The notes under the pieces were generated by a model. That model had not been told where the DNA came from. It did no database searches and saw nothing but the letters and a program-made list of their open reading frames with translations. 64,000 bases of DNA from Geosiphon pyriformis uo1 (lineage: Eukaryota > Fungi > Glomeromycota), in contig JAAOMT010000239.1 of assembly GCA_016748015.1 (NCBI GenBank), positions 406,356-470,355 on the forward strand, given 5' to 3'. The translations under genes and the position numbers were made by a program. Positions 40,672-53,600 of the stretch are shown here, piece by piece. The stretch's first letter is position 1. Each line of letters opens with the position of its first letter.

Positions 40672-43600
40672 CTAGACACCTATATGCACTGAGACCATTT
40701 TACCTACACCAGAAAAGAATAAACTAGATTCACAAAACCCAAAACCAATACCAAATGCATCAGCCATACCCAACAATCTAACCACACTGGACAAGAGCAC
40801 CGAAGGAAGACCAGAAATCGAGACAGGAATAGAATCATCACATGAGATTAGGCCACCCTTTTCCATAACAACTCTGTGTTTCGCACGTACCAGCCAAATA
40901 TCATCTCAGAATGCAAGACAGAATTCGCACACAAATGCCATGATATTCCGAGCTGCTGTTTTAGTGTCCTTGAAAACAGAAAAAGATTCACAATACCACT
41001 CATTGAATACAAAGCCCTTACATATAGCCATACTAACAACAGCATCGGAAGCGCAAGCAGAAAGCAACTGTGAAACACATGAAGTTGAGTGAGATAAACC
41101 TGAGCGAGTCTTCCAAACAGATGCATGAGCGTTCATCAACCGAGCACGATCACCAGCATTGAATGGGCATGAAAACAAATGATCTGAAATCTCAACATTG
41201 CCGCAGAACAAACACAACACACTGGGGTATCCCTTATCGTAAAGTTGCTTACGCACAGCAACAGGAAGACGATAATACAACGCCTTCATAAAATACATCC
41301 AAGAACCAGCAGTACAAGCACTAGTGAAGCCAGCGGCCAAATGAGAGTCTGGATGCCACACCGAACACGATCTGGACCAATCAACATCAGCACGCAGGCT
41401 GTCCACCAATACCCAAGAACCAGAACCGACCTCCCAATGTGCACGGTGAATAGAGTGGAAAACACCACAAACAAAATGTTTAGAATTACCAGAAACCACA
41501 GTATCACCAGCCTTGAGAAAATGTTCATCAATTCTGTGAGGAAAATGCACACCAGAAGACACTGCAGTCCTAGCCAAAGTGTTAGCACACTCATTGCCCA
41601 AGACTCCAAAGTGACTCCTAACTTTAATCCAATTAACATCCAAATTTTTGTGACGAATAACATTAGAAATATGGCAGCATTCGACCCAACACTGATTCCT
41701 GAAATCTGGACGCCCTAACATTAACTTTGATCTGCATACATCCAAAGCAGCCTGGCTGTCCGAAAACAAATTAACCAAACAAGAAGGAGGGACACACTCG
41801 AGAGCCAAAGCAATGGCCTGCAGCTTCGTCATGGTAGAAGAAACCAAACCAGAAACTTCCACACCCAAACCCAAATCAATGTCCTTAAAAAAAACAGTGG
41901 CACCAGCCTTCATACCAAGAGTACCCAGCCCATACAGAGAACCATCCATAAACAAAGAAAGGTGATCAGAATCAACCCCCAACAAGTGATTGCAAACAAC
42001 ATCAAACTCGCAAGACACAAGTATGTCAGACGAGTCAACATTCAGTAACAAAAGAGAACAAACAGGAGATGACCCAAAACCAGACAAAAAGCGAACAGCA
42101 GCATTGAACCAATCAGGAATCAGGCCCTAAGGGTCCAGTTTCTTCCACCACTTGAAAGTCCTCCATTCGAAAACAGAACCAGTTCGATCGCAAAGCTGCT
42201 CAACAAAAGCAATTTCATATTGCCGAAGCGAAAAAACACATTTATAAAAAGCTAACTCACCAAGAACAATAGACATTGGAGTCCCTTTTTGAAAACAAAA
42301 AGCTTTGGTCATGAGACCACTCAGAGAAAGGTTGCAATCCAAAAAAATTCGGACAACACCAGCCAAAAAGTTATTCAAAGGACTGACATTAATACGAGAA
42401 GGGAAAAGCAGGGGGTGATGAGGGCGCCAGCTGAGAACCTGTAAATCATGAGACCTATGTACCAACAGGTGGCCCAAAATACCTACAGAATTGGCAAAAC
42501 AAACAACAGCAGCTGACTTGCTTTTAGCCTGGACCTGTTCAAAAGATTTCAACCCGTACAGAGAAGGATGATGAATAGCATTATTGGGAAAGTCGAGCGG
42601 CAGGCCAGATTTGGACTTCAAACCTTTACAAATCAAAGTGTCCCATTTTGCACACACACTAATAGAAACAAAACTAAACTGAGTTCTATAGGCAATTATG
42701 GGGTGAAGAACCATTGACACCAAATATGAGAACTGTTTTTCAGAGATAGTTTTTCTCAAAACAAGGTTGGTGAAAAACTGGACATCCAAGCGTGCCTTAG
42801 CCAAACTAGACTTTGACAAATCTTCAGTAGACAGAAAGATACCTAGGTATTGATGAGACTCTCTCTTTTTGGCTATCGAAATAGACAAACCACTGATCAA
42901 CAAACAAGGGCTGGAAACTTTGCAATTAATGGGAATGGTCACTATTTTGTCATTATTGATCGAAATGTTATTGACTCGAAAAAACTCACTAGCAACATTG
43001 AGAATATGTTGGGTGGCAGTCTGACTGCTACCAATCCAAATTGTATCATCGACGAAAGCACCAGCAGCAAGGAAAGAAGTCAAACCAGCCCAAGATTCAG
43101 CATGACCAGTGTTGGCAACAAAACGAGAGTCCAATCTGTATCCACATACACTTTCTTGTCTCTTGACCTTACACAAAAGGGGATCATAAAATATGTGCCA
43201 GAGAAGAGGAGAAAACACCTCTCCTTGATCCAAACCATTGTGTACCCAATATCCATCAGTCAACCCAAAATCCGTCATAACTCTGTTGACCCAATCATTG
43301 TGGATGCCACCAAAAAACCGAATGAATTTGTCACACATTTTTATTCTGACCAAGCCTTTCTTTAGATGCTCCCAGCCAACAGAATCATAAGCCTTTCACA
43401 TGTCTTACAAGACCAGCCACAGCTCTCGGTTCTTCTCCAAAGCATCCTCAATGACCAAACCAATAGCAAAAATGGGAGACTGCGTGGTCGTGCCTTTTAA
43501 AACAGAAAAATTATCCCCCCTCAGAACATCGAAAACACTACAAGCCAAAGAAATTCTGTCCGAAAGCACTTTAAAAAAGATTTTGCGAGCCATTTCAACC

Positions 43601-45360
43601 AAAGCAATAGGATGGGTATTTGTGAGAACACCCTCCCACTCATAAGGTTTGAGGATCATCAATACCCAAGCCTCCTTTCAAGGCCCAGGAACAGATTCAC
43701 ACTCCAAGCAAACATTCAAAAGCACTAAAAGCATGTCCAAAACCGATTTGTCACTATGTTTCTACAACTCATTCGAGATACCAGAGAGACCAGCAGCTTT
43801 CCCATTAGGCAGGTTTAAAACGACACTAGACATCTCATCAAAATCAATTATGCTCATTACACCAGAAAAAGCGTCGTCAAAAACATACTCTAAAGGCTGA
43901 TATTGGCAACTCCAGACACCAGTAACATCAGAAACTACATCACGCTTCCTAGTCCATCCCTCCATGACCGCATCCACTTTGGTCTTAACCAGAGCAGGCT
44001 CCAAAACCAACTCACCATCAACAACCAGATGATCCAAAGTTACTTTGTGAAAAGAATGTTCCAATACACTCCTAATAGTATGACCTTTGTCCAATTTGAA
44101 ACTCTTCATCCTCTTATCTATTGCCGACCTGATTTGAGATTCCCTAACTCACTCTGCTTCTGACATTTTGGATGCATGATAAAACTTTTTGACCTTATAC
44201 AAAACTGACCGAATAGCATTGAAGTGGGAACCTGATAGGAAGAGAAACTTCACCGCAGAAGCATTGACTGAATCCAAACCTTCCCACCTGTCGAGCAGGG
44301 ATGTAAACTTCTCAGCAAAATCCATATAAGATGCTCTAACTAACTTAGACACCAAGAGCTCCAGCTTGTGAAATTTGGATGAATCCTTGCTAAAAATTTT
44401 ATCATATTCCTTGAACCACTTTTTCCTGAAAACTGTCTTAGCAGACAGACACATCACTTTATGGAGAGCAACCCACATCGAATCCAAGTCCGAGCAAACC
44501 CTGGCTGCAAGAAAATTGTCATGAAACACAGCAGCATTTGCTGCCGTATCTTCCTTAAATTTGGCCCATTTAACATCATCCGCACCTTTGCAATCGTACT
44601 TTCAGTGATTCCTATTTGCTTGTCTGCAAACAGAATTCAACTGAACATTGAGCAGACCACCCAAACCCACTAACACTGAGAAAGCCTGATGATCAGTATC
44701 AAAGTATTCCCCAACGCCAAACACGTCACGATCCACAACTGCATTGACCAGATTTGAAGAAATGAACATAAAATCAATCGTCTTAGCAACGCCCTGAGAA
44801 TTGGACCAAGTCGGCAATTTCCCACAGGTGCTCCCATCCAAGGCATTAACCAGACTCAAATCCAGACACTTTTTAAAACTCACACACCTATGAGAACTGT
44901 CTTCATTGAAATTGCCACCGAAAACAACAAAAGAAGATTCATTAACAGCTTTTACAATGAGAGAGTTGACTTCACCAGCCTAAGAGAACCGAACTGCTGA
45001 GGAAGCACCAGCATACAGATCCAGAATAGACACCAAAAGTTTATTTTTGAAAAGTAACTTAATGGACAAGAGCCAACCAGGCACCTCTGACACTTTGCAC
45101 ACATGTCTCGCCAAAGAAGAATTCATGATAACAGCAACACCAGCTCCCAGATAGCCAGATTCCAAACCAGAGGTAAACACCCGCACACCATCATATTTGT
45201 TGACAATCCAGGGGCAAATTTTCCCTCTTAACTTTGATTCTGTAAAAATAAAAACTAAATTGTTCTTCTCCATATGCCAATGAATGACATCGTCCTGTTT
45301 TGCAAGATTGTTCATACCTCTGACGTTGCAAGTAGCAAAATTCCAAACCAGACTGTTCAT
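40672..45360 (-). pseudogene. LINE ORF2: APE endonuclease, reverse transcriptase, RNase H, C-terminal Zn knuckle
   Basis: EN: ATCNVRGMN, TE, GGNFN, TIDFMF, TDHQ. RT: HPIAL, YDSVGW, QGEVFSPLLW, AFVDD, YLG. RNase H: FMDGS, DSQAA, WIKVRSH.G..GNE. Knuckle CLFCGNVEISDHLFSC. Several in-frame stops. Confidence 0.92.
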
Positions 45361-47145
45361 TAAGAAGAAAAGGAATTTAAACTCATCCCAAAACTGTCCA
45401 CTTTGGCTGAAAGTCCCAGAACTGTTTCCATCAAACACTTCATGCTGTCTTCCAACTTGGATATCAAAGATACATCGAAAGACACTGCTCCCACAACAAT
45501 CTCACCACTAGTGGCTGCACCCAAACCCTTACTCATTACTATATCTGCCCTTTGATTCTGTAATGAAGGGATCACCAATGGCTGACATCCAGGGCTTGGC
45601 TGGGAAACCATTGGCCCAAGTGCATCCAACCTCTTAGCCAGCTTACCCACCTGCTCCGCGAGGCTGGCAAGACTGTGCTCAAGAGCAGCAAACTTATCAT
45701 TGACTTTCATCAAAACCAGCAGAGACGGCTTCATCTCCAAAGAGGAACCAAATTCTACTGAAGCATTTCATCCAGAGAGAGGAGGAAAAGAAGACCCACT
45801 AGCAACCTTCATCCAAGAGAGACCACCGAAAGAGACTGGACGAGCAACTGGAGCTGATTGCTTGGCATAGATGGCTGCCAATCTGCTTTTATCTGTATCC
45901 GACAGGACTCTACGCGAAGACAAACCCAAAGAAACTTACTCACCAACTGCACAGCCCAATAACGTATGACCTGATTTCCCACACTTGGCACACTTGGCTG
46001 AAACAAGACAAGACCAGCGTAGATTGGCGCCCCTCAACACTGGCGTGGTTCCCACAATGGCATTCAATGATTCAGCAAAATCAAAACAGATGACAGCACA
46101 CCTAGCCTAGCATACGTAATTGGATGACGATCAATGACATACGTCTTCCTACTCACAAAACCAATAAAATCCCAGATGTCATGAGCAGTCGTTCCCATTG
46201 GCAGAGTATAAAGCAGCACTCTATGCTGATCTCTCGTGTCCCATGACTCTTTGTCCAAATCTGATCTAGCCACCTGCACAGCATCTTTTCTGATTAAGAT
46301 TGACCACTTTGCCGTAACCAAATTGGCGTGATCTGAATGCTCAAATTCTACCACAGCCTTTTGCCACAGTCCCACCAATTGCATCTTGATCGACTTAATT
46401 GTTCCAAACTCAGAGAGCGCAGCATGCACAGCCTCAGCTGATGTTCCAACTGGAATTTCCTTTAACACCACAGCCCGATCTGAGCGACCAGCCAATCTCT
46501 TAAGATCGGTGTTTACCATGATATTCACACCAGTAGCCTTTTTAGTGGCTTTCATTAGACCCAATTCGGAAGTGAACGTTGCTCTGATGATCCCTGAGAA
46601 TTTTGAGGGAGTAGATGCCCCCCAAAACCATTGATTCCTGAAAATAAACTTCTGATCTTTTTGAGCTTTTCCTGGGCCGAATTTTCTTCTACTGCTTTTA
46701 GATCCAAATCCAAAGCAAACAACTTTCTAACAGAAATATTGACCAGGTTCTTAAGAGGAGGGGGAAGCACCAGAGGGGCATCCAGAAGAACATCATCATT
46801 ATCATTGCCATCCAAGAAGTTGATCTTTCCCAAAGGCTTTCCCAATGCTTTCCTAGTTGTTATCCGCGAATCTTTCGGCATTTGATCCAAATCTCCACCA
46901 ACGAGCACACTACCTTTACCATAATCGAAACTTGTTTCCTCTACAAGACACTCCTCTTCCATATCAACACTGTCAGATTCTGTGGTATCACCAGTCTCCG
47001 AACCTCATAAATGACCACTTTGCACCTTAGCAGAACCCCCTTTAGCACCAGCATTGTCTTTAAGAACACCGCTTCTTCTCTTTTTCCTTAACAAAACAGC
47101 CTTGAAACCACCCACAGAGCCAGAACTTTCAACTGTCTTTTTCAT
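45360..47145 (-). pseudogene. LINE ORF1 (RRM-like domains, CCHC knuckle, coiled coil), with frameshifts
   Basis: Fragments 46555-46962, 46064-46564 and 45360-45740; knuckle CAKCGKSGHT...C near 45.96-46.0 kb; its stop overlaps the ORF2 start as TAATG. Confidence 0.85.
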
Positions 47146-49976
47146 GACAGCAATACTAGGGCCAACAATGGCCTCGTAATCAAGCAGAAACAGTTTGGAT
47201 TTATCATACTGAATGGTAAAAAAACTTCTTTCAAAAAACTTTTGACTCTTTTTTGGGATTTGTGGAGGAATGAGAAAAAGAAGTTTTTTTCAGATATTCT
47301 TAACATAAAACACTTCAAAACAGTAATAACTTAAATCAATTGTTTTTAATTATAACAATTAATAATACTAATTTTCTTTTTTGTTTTATTTCAATTTTTT
47401 TTTCTTTTTTTCTTTTATTTATTCTTATATAAAATGGCAACATTAAAAAATTGACTGTTTAAGAATAAACTTTGTAATAGTTTAATAAAAAAAAGTTCTA
47501 CTTAGGATTAAATATTAACATTAGCTTAATAGCTTATCAAAAGTAAAAACTTAAGAATAGCTTATTAGAAGAGCATAACTGCCAAATTAAACTGATTATC
47601 ACATTGAAAATAAAAATTTACAAAAGAAATTATCAATTAAATTTTTGTTTATTATACAAAAGACTCAACCAAAATCTTTAAATTATAAAACCATCCAGAA
47701 ATTACTATTATTAATAGCTATTGAATACCAAGTTACAGATTTGTTATTTATTTCAACATTTCAAATAATCACCTATAACATTTGGTGTTCTTTATAAAGT
47801 TTAATTTAACAGAAAATCAACACTAATATCTACCATTCAAAACAGTAGCAAAATTAAAAGTAATAAAAACAAATTACTTGGAATTTATGAAAGCTTTATT
47901 CTAATATTATCAAACTTATCTTAAATTAACAAGTAATAATTAGCCAATAGAATTAGCTTTCAATTGTTATGTTAACAAAAAAATTATAAACTATTTGAAA
48001 AACTAAGAAGATCTAAATACTACTCTCAAAAATTTTTATAGTAAATTACTCTAAAGCATTATGTTTTTACAAAATTATCTGTTTGTTCTATTAATCACAA
48101 AAATAAATTAAAAAATTAAAAACTACATTCAAGAAAAATTTTCTATTATTTTTGCAAACAAAAAAAAAGAAAAATTACAAATCCCAATAAGAATACCAAA
48201 GAAAATACAACTGTGTACTTAGAAAAAACCAAAAGTTATTTTACTATCAACTTATCATATTATCATATATTCAAAAACACTATTCAGATAATATTAACAA
48301 TTGTAGCCATATTCAACACAAAAACACTATTAACAAGAATCTTATTTCAAAACAATCAGAAAAAATCTAAGCTACTAAGAACTTATAACAATTATTTTAA
48401 GAGATTTAAATTATGACCAATAATTTTATTCAGACTTTGATCATTGCTACTTTAAATTAATTTCAGATTTATTAGTAATTAGGCAAAAACCAAATCAGAA
48501 GAAAAAAAAAGACAATAATCAAGAAATTAATAATTAAAATCTAATTCCAAATGACTTAAAAATCTAAATTTCAATTGTTTAAACTCAGCAAAACCCAAAC
48601 AATCCAAACTTTGTTTTTACTTTTTAGCAAATTTTACTTTTAATTATCTGAATCAATTTACCAGTTGTACTAATAGTTATTTTTTAATTACCATAACAAT
48701 TTGTATCAATGGCATATGCACTTATTGCCAAATTAGAAAAATTTACAGATAAAAAAAATAATGCTTAAGCTTAATTTAATAACATAATCAAAGCAATTGC
48801 AGCTAATAACTAAGATAATGCCAAAGTTCTTTAAGTAATCTTATATTTTTTCTAAAACACTATTAACTTATAATATTAAAACTTGGTCAATAAATCCCAA
48901 ATCTTTAACACATTTAAATAGAATTTTTTGCAGTATTTCAATAATTATAACAGTATCAATTATTTGTTAACTAAATTGCTTACCATTAAGCAAGACAATA
49001 CTAAAGCAGTCACTACTTATTTGAAATGCTTTCACAAAAATTTGTGCCAAATTCAAACAATTAATGCTAACTACTTTATAGCATTACAGATTTTAAATCA
49101 ATTTATTTGTAGATTATACAGTAGTTTATTAAAATAAATACACTTATTATACTCAAACACATTTCAAAACACAATTACTTATGCCAAAGATTTTAAATTA
49201 GTCAAGCTCAAAACCAATCACATCTAAGCTGTAAATCTAGTAATAAATAGATTATCTGAATTAGATAAATTTGGAGAAACAATCAATTAAAAAATTAAGA
49301 AATACTTAGTTAATAATCAGGTAATTTATTAGTCTTTTTAACATTACAATAATTCAGAAAACTATAATTATGGTCTCAATCAGTCATATATGTTAGCATT
49401 ATCATTAGAAAATCTATTATAGCAGCAAAAAATGCATATTTGCTACTATTGCTACAAACAAAAACATAGTAAAATAGATAGCCAATTTAGAATACATAAT
49501 TCATAATCAGAAAATAAAATTAAAAACTTCAATTACAGATTTTAAACCCAAAACTATGTCAGTAATTTATTATCAAAACAATATTAGTATTAGTTTTATT
49601 ATTCTTAAATAACACAGCCAATATATGCATTTTTAATCTATTAAATTTTAACATCAGTAATTTATCAAGTCTTATAGTTACCAATTATCTATTAATTCTA
49701 ACAAATCCAAATGCCATTCCAAATTTCTACTTAAATATCTACTGGAAACCAAAGACTAAAAATCACTTACACTCAACAAAATTGGAAATTGGTAATAGTA
49801 ATATACTAATCAATTTTCAGCTTATTAAACTAGTTAACAGAATTGTATTAGCAGAATTTAGAAAGTAAGTATACCCAAAACCTGAATTTCCAAAACTATT
49901 TAAGTTTTTTGGTTATTCCAAAAAATACCCAATTTAACAATTTAAAATTACCAAAACAACTACTTACTAACAATAT

Positions 49977-50595
49977 TGTTACGGTTTAAGAATTTAGCAA
50001 AAAGAATCATAAAAATAATACAAACTATTCAATCATAATATAGCACAGTAATAATCTTAGAAAGATAATGATTAACATAGTAGCAAATACCATCTCGCGA
50101 TAGTGGCAAGCACCAGTTCACAATAGCAGCCAACACCAACTGGTGATAGCAGCAAACACCAGGTTGAAATATCAAAAAGAAAGTATTTTCTTGTAGAACT
50201 ACAAACATGTATATATACAGTAGTTTTAATATTGGGANNNNNNNNNNNNNNNNNNNNTAATTAATAAAAGCTTTATTGTGAGAATTAGAAAAACGCTAAA
50301 GACCATTAACATTCTGTGTTTCTAGATTAGAGAAACACATCAGGCAATTGCAAGGATAGCCTCAGAGAAGACCCCAGACAGTAGGTAGATTTCAGTTCAG
50401 CCTCTGAGAAGGAGTACATAAACACACACAACAATCAAGAATTAAAGAATAACTTACATCACAACAGTAAAAAGAAAGCCTTCAGTGTAACAGTGACATT
50501 ATCACACAAATAGAATTGAGAAATTCACAAAAGACTGATTGCAATTAAAGCAGGATATCTGCAATTAAATATAACAAAAAAATCATTCCGTAACA
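49977..50595 (+). repeat. 5' LTR of Gypsy B (assembly gap at 50238-50257)
   Basis: TGTTACGG...CCGTAACA; near-identical to the 3' LTR on both sides of the gap. Confidence 0.9.
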
Positions 50596-50677
50596 TTTGG
50601 TGAACCCTATGAGGAAAGAAAATCAAAAAGGAAATAATAATTAGCAATAATTCATTGCTAAAAAGGAAAAGACAAAA

Positions 50678-53600
50678 GTGGTGACAAAAACCCCTAATCT
50701 TACTGTTCTTGAATTCTGCCGTGCTATTTACACACAAAATCAAAGTGATCTTGGATTACCAGAAAGGTGTTGTCCAGCAGAATCTGCCCTCACTTATTAT
50801 ATCAACACCAGAATAAATTATCATATAGGAAAGGAAGAAGAATCACATGATGCAAAACTTGGATTATATAGAGAATTATCACAATACACTACAAAAGAAG
50901 TAGCAGTAATAGCTGTAACTATTGTCAAAATCCATCAAGAAATTGAGCAATACGCCAATAAAAATTTTCCAATATCCACAGGAAACACTAGGGAACACGC
51001 TAACAAAACCAAAGAAAATTTAGAAACTAATCAGGAAAGTAACCAGCAAAAACTAGGAACACCAGCTCAAACGCCAAAGAAAACTGTCACTCAATCAATA
51101 AAGAAACAACGTATTTATTTACCAGAAGATAAATCATACCATTTTTCACCAGAAAATAAGATACAAATTCCATTAGGAGCTGCATCATCATCAACATCAA
51201 CTTCACAAACGCCAAGAACTTCTAGTTATATTGATAAAATTAAACAACATAACTGGAGAGACATACCAATTACAGAAGGATATTCATCACTATTCCAAAA
51301 CCCTCTTTTTCAGCCAAAATTTAGAATGGGGTTTGAAAACCATGAAGAGGAGTCTGAATCGGAATCCAAAAAAGAGACCAGCAAAAAAACAATCACAAGA
51401 CCAGTCACTGGAACAAGCAGCCAGTCCAGAAACCAAGAAACTCGTGATCAAGAGGAAAAACCGGATATAAGGGAAGCCACCTTTAGGAACGCTCAAGGAA
51501 ATATCATCCCACCTCCTCTTAGACCAATAAACCCACCAGCAGAAAACAGCAACGAAATGACCACACCATACATTGCAAGACTAACAGATTTCTCAGGAGA
51601 GGAAGAAGAAACGGACGTGCACACATGGCTCAGAGAAGCACAAAAAGCCATCCAGGCAAATAACTGGAACGACCAAAGAGCAATTCAAACATTACCTTTC
51701 TTCCTGAAAGGCACAGCCGACTCGTGGTATCAAAGCCTGGAAACAAAACCCACGAGCTTCGCCGAATTTAAAAATGCACTCCTGAAGTATTTTAGCGACC
51801 CAAATGCCGTAATCCAACTACAGAACGAATTCAATACTATCAAGCAAAATACTGGTGAAACTGTCACCCAATACCTTGCTCGATTCAATCGAATTTGCCG
51901 TCAGATTGAAGTGATTGAACAAAGATACTACATTGATCCTCAGGTTTTAAATCAGTTTATTAGAGGATTAAAAAGCAGCATTTTAGGAAGAGTACACCCT
52001 GTCCATCTTAATTCCTTACCAGAAGCTATTATGCTCGCCAGAGCTCTTGAATCGGCTGAGAAAGAAGCTAACCATAGTCAAATGGTTAACATGGTAATGG
52101 AGGAAAATAAGACAGAAAAATTAGAGAAAAGAGTAATGCGATTAGGGGAGGAACTCTCTAAGAAAATAGAAAGTTACCTCATCCTGAATCCGAGAAAAAA
52201 TACATACCAACCACCTCAAAGACGCAGCCAGAAAGTCAGCAACAGTCAAAATAATCACTCGTCGCGCCAGAAATTCAGAACAGAAACACGCACCTGCCAT
52301 TTTTGCAAACGCATAGGACATTTGATTAGTCAATGTCGAACGCGAATAATGCAGGAAGCACGCAAAAATAATTACTACACACCACCCCAAATGCCCAGAA
52401 ACCAGTACATGCCAATACCACGCCAATATCCCACCACATATCAAAATCAAGGAGCTTACCAGCAACAGCCCATGATAGCCAACCCGAATTGGCATCCTGA
52501 GGCCCGAAATCAGCCCATGTGGAACCAGAACGCGTTGGTCCAAAGGAATCTAAACTGCGCTGGAACCAATCAGCAAACCAATCCAAACTACCAAAATTAT
52601 CAACAAACTTACCTTAATATACCGGAAAACCTGATCATCGGAAACAATGACGGTAGAAACATAAACAGAACCAAGAATTTCTCCAAATTGAGCCAAACAA
52701 TACCACCAACAGTTGCCACCGAAGATAGCAGCCTCACAGTTATTTTTCTTTTTGAATTAGAAGAAAACGAGACTATGTTCAGTGGAGCAGCATTGGACGA
52801 AAAATGCCCAATTACTGCTATGTATACGGAAGCCACTGTAAACAATACCCCAATCAAACTTATCTTAGACAGCAGATCCGCTGGAAGCATCATAATGCTT
52901 CAACTAGTAAACCAACTGGGTTTCAAAGTTGATTGTGTCACGACGTCCTAAATCATAACAGCCAATGGAAGTACAAAGCTGCCTCATGGCAAAATTGACT
53001 CATTCCCTTTTGAAATTAACGGCATAGTAATACCTACAAAAGTATTAGTAATGGACACTACACAATATCAAGCGTTAGTAGGGAATGACTGGCTAACAAA
53101 AGCCAATGCCATCCTAGACTGGACCACCCAAGAGCTTCTGATCAATTATAATGGCCACCAGGCCAAAATTCCAGCCACCTGTGGCCACTTCCAAAAACCC
53201 AGTGCCAACCAAAGACCTATCTTTGAATTTGAGGAAAATCCAGCACTACCAGCCATCAAAACCTATCAGCTCTCTTGGACTGATGACCAAAGAACAGGAC
53301 TACCAGCCATACCAACGTGGACCAGCGAAGAAAGATCTGAATGGAACCAGGTAAGTTCATGAAGAAACCACCAGCAACGCAGACCAAAGCTAGAATGCTC
53401 GGTTTGCAAGAAGAAACTCTCGTCTATAACTGTGTGCAGCACACCAGATGAAGACCCAAGAAACCCCACCCACTACTATTGTAACCGTTGTAACAAAGAA
53501 AAATATGGTTATCCAGAAAGACACGGAAAATGGGACGAGGAACTGTGCCTCACTTGTGGAGAACCATTACCAAGAGGGTGCAACTGGAATGACTTACCAG

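Larger units (their letters stand above)
40540..47289 (-). mobile_element. Full-length, decayed LINE (ORF1 + EN-RT-RNase H-CCHC ORF2)
   Basis: TSD TCAGATATT at 40531-40539 and 47290-47298; poly(A) tail at the left end (T-run on +); both ORFs present. Confidence 0.92.

Noticed and set aside
41245-43365. Plus-strand ORFs of 157 and 171 aa within the LINE
   Set aside because: Antisense shadows of ORF2 with no recognisable motifs.
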